A stretch of 64,000 nt of DNA from Felis catus (GCF_018350175.1 NC_058368.1:228286001-228350000); one strand, 5' to 3'. Shown: positions 1 to 12,159, numbered from the stretch's first letter. The notes: a model not told the origin generated them from the letters alone. Made by a program: numbers and translations.

Positions 1-27
1 TTTAGCAACATTTGTAAGGGTACTATA

Positions 28-270
28 AAATCGTGGTGAAAAGCGTGAACTTTAGAGTTAGACAGACTGGGTTTAAATCCTGGCTCGGTAAAAATGCCAA
101 AGGTGTGAATTTTGCAGGATAGTTTAAGTATCAGTTACTGCATATGGAAATAGGGATAGGAATACCCACTCCTTTTGTCAGGATCAAAACCGATGATGTA
201 GGTAAAAAAGTATAACACGGTGCTTGGCACAGAGTGAATATATACTCCATAAATAAGAGCTGTTGTTATA
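28..270 (+). mobile_element. MIR SINE relic
   Basis: tttagagttagacagactgggtttaaatcctggctc 5' core and acacggtgcttggcacagag...ccataaata 3' end. Confidence 0.8.
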
Positions 271-452
271 AGAGCTATTACCATTTGTCATTTAAAGTTA
301 CACGTTTCAAGCTGTAAAATCAGAATCTACGATTTAACTTGTGTCTTGTTGGCTTTAGCAAATAGCAAACAGTAGAGACTTCTATATTGGACCATTCTGC
401 CCTATGTGTTATGTTATTGCAATAATAGTGATAGTGATGGGCCATAAGACAT

Positions 453-775
453 TTATTTGTTCATTTGCTCATTCGTTTGTTCATTTGTTTATTCCTTCAT
501 TCAACAGTTTCTGAGCATCCTTTAGGCTCAGGTGAACTGCGTTCAGTGCTGAAGGTGTAAACCTGATCGAGACACAACATCCACCTTTAAGGCACTCCTA
601 GACTAGAGGGGGAGACGGCCAGAAAGGGAAATAATTGTAATAAATATGGGAGGTCCCAAAATAGATGCATATTTTGAACATTATGAGAGAGCTATTGATT
701 TTGTCTGGGGAGTTCACTAAAGAGTCATTTGCACTTAGATATTGAAGGATCAATAGTGATTTTAGGAGGAAATAG
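453..775 (-). mobile_element. L2 LINE 3' end relic
   Basis: (ttca)-like tail followed by cattcaacagtttctgagcatcc...gcactcctagactagagggggagac. Confidence 0.7.
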
Positions 776-1944
776 GGATTTGAAGATGTATTCATCTGCT
801 TATTCTGCTTATTGAAACTATGTTGGGAGAATGACAGACAATTGTTCTGTAGGGCTATTCACCTAACTTCTAATTGCCCCACACAGGAAGGAAGACATCT
901 CCAATTTTCTGTAGCTTACTCCTCTCCTCCACCTCCCCCCCCCCCCAGCCTACACAGAACACACTTTTTAAAATGCATATGTTTAAGAAAGAATGTGACC
1001 TTTGGGGTTTTCTAGAACTGAGTGTGAATTTTCCTGATCCTTTCTAGATGTAGGATGTAGAGAAGTCATTCAACCTCTTTGAGCTTCAATTTTCATCAGT
1101 CAATTTGGAAATTATGTATATCTCATTAGGTATTGGGCAGTATGTGGTCATGATTAGGTGAGCCTCAAAAAACTGGGAAACAAGGTGATAACACTGTTCT
1201 TGGATAGTTGTGAAATTAATATATAACATTTTGGAGCAGCATCCCATTTAAAAACCAAAGCAGGGGTTTTCGAGAGGGAGTAGTCCCACTGAGGAAACAT
1301 TTCAGAATTATATGGTGGTAGTGGTGGTGAATGTTTTTTTTTTTTTTGTGGTGGTGAAAATTTTTGAGTGATGGAAAGAATGTGTCCATTGGTAAGGGGG
1401 GTGGTCAGTCATGGATTCATAAAAAAAAAATGGGAGTCATTGGATCAAAGATTAGCCTAAGACCTATTCAGGAGAAGTGTTCGCTGTATTCAGATGAAAA
1501 TCTAGTCTGCTTTACAGTGACATTTGCTACAGTGAATTAATATGTTCTTGTTATTATGTTCATCACTTCTGAGTGAGAAGACCCAGGCTGATGAGCAGTG
1601 GAGCACTGACCCAATCACATTTCAGAACTATCAAGATGGAAGGCAAGGAAGCCACAACATGGGTAATTCACCCAGGCAGGTGCCACATGTTGGTTTCTGC
1701 CTGGACAATTATGCAGTCTCCCCATGTCACCTGCAATTTGCACCTGCTTACTCTGACATCTCCACTGGGATGTCAAATAGACATATCAAATAAAAACATG
1801 TCTGAAAGCAAACTCTTGATTCTCCGCTCCCATGCCGAACCTTCAACCCTATCTTGCCTATTTTAGTAAATGGAAGCTTAATTCTGCCAGTTGCTTGGAC
1901 AAAAAGGCTGAAGTCATCCAGGCCTCCTCTTTTTCTCTGACAGT

Positions 1945-2566
1945 TTCTGGGGGTCATATCCTAAGGTGGCCCCCGTGATTTTTGCACCCCTAGTGTGCAT
2001 ATCCCTGTGCGTTCTCCTCCCCTGTGTGTGAATGGTACCTCTGATGTGCTTGTATGCTATAGAATATGGCAGAGTGCATGGGATATAATTTCTGTGATTA
2101 TGTTATGTGATATGGTAAAAGTAAAAAGATAAGATCCCCAATAAGTTCACTTTAGGTTAGTCAAAGGGGAGATTATCCTGGGTGGCCCTGATCTTGTCAG
2201 ATGGACCTGTTATATGAGGCCCTAGACATTTCCTGAAGTCAGAGAATTTAAATAGCAGAGACTCTGTCTCTCACTGCCTTTGGAGAAGCAGTCTGCCGTG
2301 GATTCTGCAGTTGCAAGGGAAGTCATTCTGCCAACAACCCGGGGAGGCTTTAAAGTGGATCCTTCCTTTGTTGAGCCTCTAGATGGGAACGCAGCCTACC
2401 TGACACCTTGATTTCCGTGTGTGCTGCCCTGAGGACAGGGCTCACGCGAGCCCTGCCCGGACTCCTGGTGCACGGACACTGACACGGAAACTGAGACGAC
2501 ACACGGCCGTTGTTTCAAGCTGCTAATTTTGTGGTAATTTTTTGTGCAGCAATAGACAACGAATGC
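1945..2566 (+). mobile_element. MaLR solo LTR, MLT1E-like
   Basis: ctaaggtggcccccgtgat start, tcaaaggggagattatcctgggtggccctga, attctgccaacaacc, end aagctgctaattttgtggtaattttttgtgcagcaataga. Confidence 0.8.
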
Positions 2567-2638
2567 CCATGTCATGTCCCAATCCATCAGCAAATCCTGA
2601 TAGTCACCTCCGAAACATCCAGAATCTCATCCCTTCTT

Positions 2639-2864
2639 TTTTTTTTTTCTTTTAAAAAATTTTTTCTAACGCTTATTTTTATTTTTGGGAGAGACAGTGT
2701 GAGTGGGGAAGGGGCAGAGAGAGAGGGAGACACAGAATCGGAAGCAGGCTCCAGGCTCCGAGCTGTCAGCACAGAGCCCAATGCGGGGCTTGAACTCACA
2801 AACCATGAGGTCATGACCCGAGCTGAAGTCGGACGGCCAACCAACAGAGCCATCCCGGTGCCTC
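2639..2864 (-). mobile_element. CAN-SINE (SINEC_Fc)
   Basis: Reverse-complement SINE body with poly-T; 15-bp TSD atctcatcccttctt at 2624-2638 and 2869-2883. Confidence 0.95.
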
Positions 2865-3544
2865 TTGCATCTCATCCCTTCTTAACACTCTTACCCCCTT
2901 CCTCTCAAAATTGAAGCTGCCCACACTTATTGCTTGGATAATTCTCACAGACTGCTGGTTGCTCTGTCCTCTTTTACTGTCACTTCCCAAATGGTTTTTT
3001 GCTCTGTAAACGACTGCAAGGGTTATCCTTTTAAAACACAAATCATGTTATGCCCTTCCTCTGTTCAAGTCCTGCAAATCATGCCATCCTATTGGCCTTA
3101 CTAAGCTCCTCACCACACCCTACAAGGCTTTATATGATCTAGCCAGCAGCCCCCACTCTGACCTTAACTCCTCTTTGTCTCTTCTTGTTTTTGTCTGTAA
3201 TGCCACACGGAACCCCTTTTCCTAAGCATATCAAGGTCGCTCGTATTGGGCCCAAGTGTGGTTCTTTATGAACCTCCATCAACAGATAATCTCTTTGTAT
3301 TGACTCTGGCTTTCAAAGGAAAATATTTAAGGATATATGCATAGAAAATGTATTAATTAGGCATTTTTTAAAGGCTTCAAGAAACCAATAGACATGTTAC
3401 ATGTTATTTTAGCATATATGTTAAACCAGGTATTCAGATTTTATTGTGATGATATAGGGGGAAAGAAATCAAACATGAACAGCCATACCTACAAACTTCT
3501 GGGGAATTGATGTGGGACGAATTCTTTAGAATTGCTGTCCTTCA

Positions 3545-3797
3545 GGGGTGCCTGCGTGGCTCAGTTGGTTAAGCATCTGGTTCTGAATTTTGGCTCAGGT
3601 CATGATCTCAAACCTTGATCTCAGGTTTGTTGAAGCCCCACCTTCATGATTTGTGGGATCAAGCCCCGCCTCGGGCTCTGTGCTGACAATGCAGAACCTG
3701 CTTGGAATTCTCTCTCTCCCTCTCTCTCTCTGCCTTTGCTCCACTCATGCACTCACTCTCTCTCTTTCAAAAATAAATAAATACACATTAAAAAAAA
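3545..3797 (+). mobile_element. CAN-SINE (SINEC_Fc2-like) with ~36 bp internal insertion
   Basis: ggggtgcctgcgtggctcag head, CT-rich middle, AATAAA/A tail; TSD tagaattgctgtccttcag at 3527 and 3798. Confidence 0.95.
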
Positions 3798-3807
3798 TAG
3801 AATTGCT

Positions 3808-3935
3808 GTCCTTCAGTTTCTTCATCTATAAATGGAAATTCTTACATTACCAACTGACGGAGTCATTGTAGGGAATATAATGATTTAATTCATGTAGAGT
3901 GCTCAGACCAGTGTCTGGTATAAGACATGCACTCA
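3808..3935 (+). mobile_element. MIR relic (host of the preceding SINE)
   Basis: cttcagtttcttcatctataaatgg...catgtagagtgctcagaccagtgtctggtataag...actcaat. Confidence 0.75.
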
Positions 3936-4959
3936 ATCTCCCCCCCCCCATTAGCTTATTAAATTATTACTAATTAGGGATGGTACTAGCATGGAAACGA
4001 GGTGCTTGCTTGGAACACACAAAGGTGTAGGAAAGCCCAGGAAGTGAGGGTCTGGAAGAGGGGAGTCAAATGTTGAGAGAGTCGGGTGAAAAGCCTGGTA
4101 GGAAGGGTTAACTTGAACATGCATTTTCTAGGTAGTTTCTGGGGAGTGAAAAAGAGTAGCTTTTCCTGCTGACTCTGGCAAGGTCCACACGTGTCCAAGA
4201 TGCATCGTGTCTGCTCTTCGGCGTTGCTGCCTGCGTGGAAACCCTGGGGACTGAGGACCAAGGGAAAAGTGGCTGCTCACTGTCCTTGTGCCCTGTAGAG
4301 GGTGACCTCGTTTCTGAGGAATGTGGGCCCCCTGCTGCCAGAAATACCCTCTCTGCCCTCCCCCACACGCAGACAGGATGGACCCAGCTGGAGAGAATGG
4401 CACAGGCAGCCAGCTCCAGGGACCAGGGTATTTTGTGGCCTTGTCGGCAACATGCATGTATCTCGTCCTGTGCTCACCATGTGGACTCGCGGTTTCACTG
4501 TCTGGGCCTCTCCCACCAGCTCCGCCGCTGCAGGCTGACCCTCCTCGCCTCTGGCTCCGGCTTGTTTGTGCATTCTCTTGCTTCAGGTCTCTTTACTGCG
4601 TTTTCCATGTATGTGTCACTTAGCTTTGGCCCTGAATATCACTGGATTCTGTTCATGTCTCTCATTCTTCTTGGCCGAGAGGAATTTTTTTCTTAGTTCA
4701 GTTAGTTACTGTCATATCTGCAGAGCAAAGATTTTGCACTAGGCTACCTTGTGGGTCTCTCATCAGCCTATAGATCAACTGTCCTTGGACTGGGCTCCCT
4801 GCTCTGGTCAAAGCCACCTTGGCCTGGGTTCAAATCATGTGACTTATGGGAAAATGACCCTTTGGAAGGGGCCCGAGTGGGTGGTGGCTGTTAAGCTTCC
4901 CTTGGGACAGTGATGCGGTCTGCATTTTCTAGAGGGTCCCCACCTATAGAAAACAGGGG

Positions 4960-5034
4960 ATGTGCCAGGCACTGTACAAAATACCCAATATGCACCGTTT
5001 AATGTGATACTCAACCTTGTGATTAAGTTTTATT

Positions 5035-5065
<31 letters not shown>

Positions 5066-5180
5066 AGTGGAGAGAACAGACACTTACCGAGGTTAGGGTC
5101 ACATATGTGACCTTATCTGGTACGTGCTGGAACCAGAATATGAACACTGGCAATTGACCTCTGTGCCACATACACTCTGC
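4960..5180 (-). mobile_element. MIR relic with internal poly-T
   Basis: tgtgccaggcactgtac...gagagaacagacacttaccgaggtta...ctggaaccagaatatgaacactggca. Confidence 0.65.
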
Positions 5181-5618
5181 TAACCTGGGCATCTGTCTTA
5201 GAAACATGACTTGATTGTCTTTTAAATCTCACGTCATGAAATATCTAAGATGGCTGTGCTGTGTTGGAGCAGCTGAAAACTGACTCGGGGACATCACACC
5301 TTTAATAAAGTCCTTCACTGGGGCAAATAAAACACTCGGGGCTATTGATTATTCTAGCCTGCAATCCATGCACTTAAAAAAAGTACACTACAACTGAACC
5401 ACAGCCCCCTTGCATGCCTAAGTAAATGTCTTTATTTCTTATTAATTCTAATTTGAAAGTCTGAAAAAAAGGTAATGTGACCTCTCAGAAATCTCTTGCC
5501 TTAGGTAATTTTAAAAACAGCTCCATTTCTCCTTTGCAGAGAAATGGCTATCGTATTATAAATTTGAAATGACTGAATGGAAATCGGGTTATGCTGGTCC
5601 CACCACATATCACCGTGC

Positions 5619-5638
5619 TCTCCTCCAGGGGGCAGCAC
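5619..5638 (+). promoter_or_regulatory. Candidate CTCF binding site (forward)
   Basis: tcctccagggggcagcac resembles the CTCF core CC(A/T)CCAGGGGGCAGC; lies in non-repeat DNA. Confidence 0.55.
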
Positions 5639-7099
5639 AGCATGGCAGCTTTGATCTGTGCTGGGGATGCTATGGGGGTGTGGGGGGTTGCTAATGACAA
5701 AGAAGACAATGTTGTCGTGTTTACTGTGGATGTAACACCCATTTGTTTTCTTCTACCCCCCCCCCCCTTTATTATTATTATTTTTCTGGTCTTTCTTCCA
5801 CTAGCTCCCAGTGCTCCAGGCTGTCTCATGTTATACATGACCTGAATCATTTTACTGAAGAGGGAAGTCTTTATTACTTTTGGAAAACCCATTGTTAGAA
5901 AAGACCTTCTTTCATTGCTATTTGGAGGTACTTATCATTCAATAATTAGCCACCCTTCCAGACAAGGAATTCGAAACGGGAGTTGTGATTTGCCTGGGCA
6001 TCTCACAGTTCCAGCCATCAGTGTTCACCCAGCTGAAACTAGGAGACTAAAAATAATCCAATTAAATAACAACAGTGTATTTTGAGTCAGTGCTGAACAG
6101 ATGGTAAAGTATCCTCCATTCATCATTAATTAATGTTCATTGAGCGCCCACAGAGAATGACTCGGGTTTACTGCTTCCTGAAGACAGAAACGAAACTTCC
6201 CCTGCACTGGAAGTTTGTACGGTCTTAGTGAAAAACATCTTATAGGATCTGGAATAGTTTTATAAAATAAATTAACCTGGAAATGGGAGCCCCGAGGGCT
6301 TCAGTGGATTTTATGACCTCAACAGAGGATTTCAGGAATAAAGAGCCTAGACACGAAGAGTTCTCTTGTTAAAGAAGAACTTAAACTTGCACATCTTTCT
6401 CTTTCTGTCCTCTACTCAACATGCCAGCAGAGATAATGAATGATTTTCTCTATTTTTAATATTGCCTCTACATTTTAATTTTGTGAATACTTAGTTCACC
6501 TCTTATATCTATTTTTCTCTCTTGGCCTCTCTATGATATCACCACGCAACTAGGTAACATTTAAGCTGGCGAAATGACGTTCAAGCATGACAACCTTTCC
6601 TGAGGATTTTTGGACACGAAGTGTTTCAGTTTGGTCCACATTTTGCGGAATGGTTTCCCCATAATTGAACTATTTTTCTCTGCTATAATAAGCATAGAGT
6701 AGATCCATGCCTCTCTTGAGTGCCTTTGTGCTCATAATTATCTTTGAGAGTCATGTTTTCAGCTGTATTCCCATACCAAAATAAAAGAGCTTTCTAAGTT
6801 TCCTTAATATATTTCCACCGATGGAATGCTCTTTGAAATAGCTTCAAAAATTGGTTTACTGATTTATTTTAAATAATATTTTTGTTACGTACATTTGTTT
6901 TGTGGATAAAGTGACTGCCAAATTCAGAATTCCCCATTTAAAAAACGTATGTAATGTCTTCATTTTCTGACTGAAAGCTATAAAAATGTTAACTATGTAG
7001 CTAGCTGTCCACTCGATCCCTTAATGAGCTCTCAATTTGGGGAGATGGCAAGGTATTTAGCTAAAATCAACATTTCCTAACCTGTATTATAAAGGAAGG

Positions 7100-7350
7100 G
7101 TGGCCAGTGATATGCCAGAACCATTCTTTGGGAAGTTTCTGAGAATGCCTTTTAAAAGAGCTTATGTAGTTGGCCCCTGCCTGGGATATAGGCATCGGCT
7201 GGAGGTCCAGCATTATTCTTCTGACTATGAGATAATCTTGAGGATGGGAGTCACAGGCTAATGAAGCCAGAACAGAGACATAAATGGAGCTTGGGAACCC
7301 TAGTCCTATGAACCCAAATAGTCTTGGACTATTTGTCCCTGAACTGCATG
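7100..7350 (+). mobile_element. MaLR LTR, MLT1J-like, truncated at the SINE
   Basis: cctgcctgggatataggcatcggctggaggtccagcatt...ctatgagataatcttgaggatgggagtcac...cttggactatttgtccctgaact; 3' part absent. Confidence 0.7.
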
Positions 7351-7592
7351 TTTTTTTGTTTGTTTGTTTTTTTTTTAAATTTTTTTTCAACGTTTTTATT
7401 TATTTTCGGGACAGAGAGAGACAGAGCATGAATGGGGGAGGGGCAGAGAGAGAGGGAGACACAGAATCAGAAACAGGCTCCAGGCTCTGAGCCATCAGCC
7501 CAGAGCCCGACGCGGGGCTCGAACTCCCGGACCGCGAGATCGTGACCTGGCTGAAGTCGGACGCTTAACCGACTGCGCCACCCAGGCGCCCC
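7351..7592 (-). mobile_element. Young CAN-SINE (SINEC_Fc), no TSD
   Basis: Near-consensus with intact CpGs (gacgcggggctcgaactcccggaccgcgagatcgtgac...cccaggcgcccc); the two flanks do not match. Confidence 0.97.
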
Positions 7593-7599
7593 GGAGCAC

Positions 7600-7908
7600 T
7601 ACTGTCTTAAATGTTTGCCCAGCAAGTTCTTTGACATCCTCCCGGCTGTTACTCAAAGTCCTCTTTCCAGTGCTTCTTTCCTAGTCTCTCTGTCACTTGA
7701 ACCTCCTATCCCCTCACATTTTATGTCTCCTTTTCCTGATTTAGTTTTCTTCCATGCATGCTCTAACATATGGCATATTTTACTTCTACATCCATTTTAT
7801 TGGATGTACAATGTAAGCTTCAAGAGACAGGTATTTTTCCCTATTTTACTTGGTAGAATGGAGCTGGGTACTAGGAGTGCTCGTCCATATTTGTCGAATA
7901 AATCAATG
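7600..7908 (+). mobile_element. L2 3' portion
   Basis: acaatgtaagcttcaagagacagg...gagtgctcgtccatatttgtcgaataaatcaatg, a typical L2 3' terminus. Confidence 0.7.
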
Positions 7909-9049
7909 TGATAAAGAATTGGTTGGCTGAGAAAGATGTGTAGCAAAAGTACTAAGGCTCAAATACAGAAAGCCAGAAAGCTGGTAACCCTTTTTGGCCT
8001 AAATAGCAGGAAATGGCCAACTTCGAAAGCATAAGGAAAGAAGGAGACAATACGTACTTCCAAGAGCAAAGGGATAAAGAATAAAGGAAATACAGAAAGA
8101 TGAGGAGCAAAGAACTCAATTAGAGGTGACTGCTGCAGTCAAGGGGATGGATATGTTTTTCTCGGGGGCAGGAATGAAAATACCTAGCGATTGAATGCCA
8201 GACAGATTTTGCAATGGCTAGGATGGAAATGGAGGAAACCTCATTTGGACAGCCCCAACCTTCCAAGAACAGGACTCAGGCACTCTGCTGAGTGTGGGGA
8301 AGGAAGTAGAGGTGGAAGGATGGAGTGAGGGAAAACGTTTTCTGACACCTGCCACGGGGGAGAAAAGGAAATAGTGAAGAACTAAATGAAAACTGGTAGT
8401 GGACGTTTCTGAAAGCCCAATCTGGGGTAGATAGATAAGGAGAGTGAGACCGATCAAGCCAACTGCCATGGATTTATTTTATTTTTCATATTTCCTGCCA
8501 GCCTTGAAGTAGGAGTTGGAAATAAACAAGAACAGATGATTAGCTTTCCCCAGGGTTGGTATATGGTAAGGTGGGCATAGCAGAAATGTGGCGTGGTCAT
8601 GGTTGAGTAGGTTGTAAAATGACTGAAAATGGCATTTAAGTTGGAGATGGCAAGGGGAGCTACAAACAGGGGGATAGTAGATGGGTTGTGAAGGCAGGAT
8701 GTGCCCTAAAATCCCAAGGTGTTCCCTGTCCATGGACGGACTCTACCTTTTCATTCCAGTTCTATATCATATACAAAGTTTACATTAAAGGACTCAGAGC
8801 ATTCTTTAACCCATGTGCCATTTGGCCTGATGTATAACTATGACCCAGCAGAAAACCTCTAGGTCAAGGTTTACAGTGCCCACTCTCAAGGTACTCATGC
8901 CCGGAAAGATGGGCAGCTCATTAGTGTGAACTTTAGGATGCAGCTGCAGGAGAAACGTTGCTCATTTCTGCTTGGTTCTAAGTGTGTGACCTTCACGTTA
9001 GCTCTTGTTGCTCCCACGTCCCCTTTTTGTTCCTGTGTTTCACACAACA

Positions 9050-9265
9050 GCAGAACAGAGTTGGGGGTTGGGATCCGGAGTCTGTCATCTGGTACCCGAT
9101 TCAGGTCCAGCACCACCTAGCTGTGTGACCTAGAAGAGAAAGGTACTTTACCTCTCCATTTTGATGTTCTCATCTGTGAAATGGGGCTGATGTTAGCAGA
9201 CACCATGTAGGGTGGTTATGAAGATTGGGGAGTTATCTGTAAAGTACACACTTAATTAGCTCTGA
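9050..9265 (+). mobile_element. MIR relic
   Basis: caccacctagctgtgtgaccta...tttacctctcc...gttctcatctgtgaaatggggctgatg. Confidence 0.8.
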
Positions 9266-9307
9266 TGATGATGATGATGATGATGATGGTGTTGATGGTG
9301 TTGATGA
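9263..9307 (+). repeat. (GAT)n microsatellite
   Basis: tgatgatgatgatgatgatgatgatggtgttgatg. Confidence 0.9.
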
Positions 9308-10819
9308 TTAATTCAATAACTGCAAGAAGTCCATGAAAGTTCGTGAGGACACACATTATTTTCTGGAGGTGGAGTGAGTGAGACTTGTGTCCCCTGAACA
9401 GGAACAGGGTACAGTTAATTATTAAAATTGTGAACTGTACAAGTCTTTAGTGAGTAATATATCAATTAATGTCTGGCTTAAGGCTTTCCACATGGTACAT
9501 TCAGATGAAACAAACACAAACTTCTCAGAGACACCTAAATTGTTCATTGGCCTTGAAAAATTTTTAGGTAAAAAATCAATTCTCAATTTGAATCACCATC
9601 ATTTCGCTGTAGAAAAAATGGGAAGTAAATAAAGCAAAAATATGAAAATAAAAAGACCTGTAATCCCACTATCCACATGTAATCATGAATAGCTACAAAT
9701 AACCAAGGATATCTTAATCCTTGTGAACTCTTTTCCATGTGTATACACCTCTCTCTTCCAATTTAAAGGAATTTGGTACAGATATTAAAATGCCTAGAAA
9801 TCGAGGCCAGGGCAACTAAAGGGAAACAAATGCTGTTGCTTGTACTAAGAATTTGCATGTGGGTGGAAAAACCGTATCGGAGAGATTCTTAAAATAATGC
9901 TGGATCCAGAATGAACAGGTAAAGGTGTTCAGCCTGCCCGTAAATTTTCTTTGTCATTCTTTTGTCCTTTGTCATGTCTAAGTATTTCTCGGCTTTCATG
10001 TGTAGTTTATATGGTTTAGGGCAGAATTTTAGGATGCATGGAAGCTAACCTGGTGTTCAAACAAAGAAACTATAAAGACTCTGGTTGCAGTGGGTTCTGG
10101 TTTTCTCTTCAGCCTATAATATCAATATCAACCATTCAACTTGAATGGATAAATATCATGACCTGTTAAATAGATGGGGATGAGGGAAATCTATTCGGAG
10201 TAGATTATTAATATTACATAGAAGTCACTATAACCAGAGCTGTTAAATTATGCATCTACAAGTGATTTGCTGGAGCATCTACCTAGTTTTCTAAATATGA
10301 CATCATATGATTCTGATTTTGTGGGAGCTATGTTACAACGTTGTAAGTTGCAGGTAACTGGAAGCCATGTGAAATCATTCTTGCCTGTACACATGTAAAT
10401 GAATTCTGTACTTTTCGAATATTAACTCCTGGACATGGTTGTGACACCTTTCCAGCTCCCTCATGAATGAGTTAAATAAAGTCTGTAACATGTTCATTTT
10501 TACACCTGCATGAGAGCCACATTTTATTTTTTTCCCTTTTTTGAAAAAGTATCTTTTGACCAGGTTATTTTTCTCTGCAGGAACAATCCAGGGCAGGTGT
10601 CTGTCTTTGGTGGTGTCTCTTCCTGATGTGGCCAGTGGTGGCACTGGTGATACTATTCCTTACCCATAATTTCATTTTCACTGCATTATTTAAAAGTGAG
10701 AGCTCCTTGACATTTGGAAAGAGCAGTTAAAATACCTCCTGACTTTCCTACTATGGTATACAGTTTTCTCCACCACTTTCTTTTGGTTGCTTTATTTCAG
10801 CAGAAAATAGGGTGGTTGA

Positions 10820-11155
10820 GTATCTTTAGCGTGGGCTACCACTGGTATGGTAACAAAATACCATAGCCTGGGTGGCTTAAATAACAAATATTTATTTCTC
10901 ACAGTTGTGGAGGCTGAGAATGTATGATCTGGGTGGTAGTATGGTTATGTTCCGGTGAGGGCTCTCTTCTTGGCTTATAGATGGCCACCTTCTCACGGTA
11001 TTCATATAAGACCAAGAGAGAGGGCTCTGGTCCCTTCATCTCTTATATGGGCATCAATTCCATCATGGGGCTCCATCCCCGTAACCTCATCCAAATTCAG
11101 TTATCTTCCATTGGCCCCACCTCCAAATCCTGCCACAGTAGAGGGACACAATAGT
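10820..11155 (-). mobile_element. MaLR solo LTR, MLT1A-like
   Basis: taacaaaataccatagcctgggtggcttaaataacaaatatttatttctcacagttgtggaggctg. Confidence 0.85.
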
Positions 11156-11574
11156 ATGGAAGTCAAATATATCCATTTGGTATATATCTCATTCTCAAAG
11201 ATCTCTAATTAGAGATGTAACTTTCCTCTTTGACATAGGAGGAGTTTAGGAGCTTTTTGGTTGTGTTACATTTATTTGCCTTTATTATTTTTGTTTTTTG
11301 AGTTTTCATATACATTTGTTCTTATATCACTAGTTAATGCATTGTGAGCTAGAAAAAGTTCTACTAATGGGAATGTATTGTGAATTTCTTTACAATCATA
11401 AATATGACCATTTTAAGCAAATATTTTTTTTTAGCCAGGTGAAAATAAAGATGTCACCGATAGATTATAAAATATATTGTTAACATTTACATATTTGTCA
11501 AATGCCCCATCTCTGCCATACTAAATAATTCAGAATTCTGCTCTTTCTTTCTTCTCTTTGAATATTGATTAATT

Positions 11575-12159
11575 GGTTGATTGATATTTACTTTAAGGAA
11601 TTGGCTTACATGATTGTGGAGTAGAGAAGACAGGCAGTCTGGAAATTCAGAGTATGTCGTAGTCTTAAATCCAAAATCTGCAGAACAGGTTGGGAGTTTG
11701 GGGACACAAGCAGGGTTTCTATCTTACAGATTATTTTATTTTATTTTATTTTATTTTATTTTATTATTTATTTTGAGAGTGCTCACAAGCGTAAGTGGGG
11801 GAGGGGCAGAGAGGGAGGGAGGGAGAGAGAGAGAGAATCCGTGAGCACAGAGTCCAACATGGGGCTCAATCCCATGAACCACAAGATTATGACCTAAGCC
11901 AAAATCAGGAGCTGACACTTAACCAGCCAAGCCCCCCAGGACCCCGTTGATATTACAGTTTGAGTCAGAATTCCTTCTTAGGAAACTTCAGTTGTTCAGT
12001 TGATTGGATGGGGCTCACTGCTTTACTTAAAATCAACTGACTGTAAATGAAAATCACAGCTACAAGATACGTTCACGGCAACATCTAGAAAGACTAATGT
12101 TTGACCAACTGCTGGGCACCATAGCATAGCCAAGTTGATGCATAAAGTTACCCATCACA
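11575..12159 (-). mobile_element. ERVL LTR, MLT2-like, interrupted by a SINE
   Basis: ttaaggaattggcttacatgattgtggag ... ends tagccaagttgatgcataaagttacccatcaca (reverse complement of the MLT2 start). Confidence 0.8.
11731..11945 (-). mobile_element. CAN-SINE (older, SINEC_Fc2-like)
   Basis: (TTTTA)n tail, ggggaggggcagagagggag..., acttaaccagccaagccccccaggacccc. Confidence 0.9.

Larger units (their letters stand above)
1725..3240 (+). mobile_element. L2 (L2a-like) relic interrupted by an MLT1E LTR and a CAN-SINE
   Basis: gacatctccactgggatgtcaaatagacatatcaaa...aaactcttgat; resumes at ccaatccatcagcaaatcctg and ttttaaaacacaaatcatgttatgccctt. Confidence 0.75.

Noticed and set aside
2510..2914. Recurring peptide motifs GAEREGDTESEAGSRL / SLEPASDSVSPSLS in many ORFs
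   Set aside because: Translations of CAN-SINE sequence, not a gene family
4235..4696. 153-aa ORF in GC-richer DNA
   Set aside because: No recognisable domain or splice structure; several overlapping ORFs on both strands fit GC content, probably a very old LTR relic
10569..10650. Acceptor ttttctctgcag and CTCF-like tggccagtggtggcact
   Set aside because: No convincing donor or recognisable peptide; the motif is one base short of CTCF core spacing
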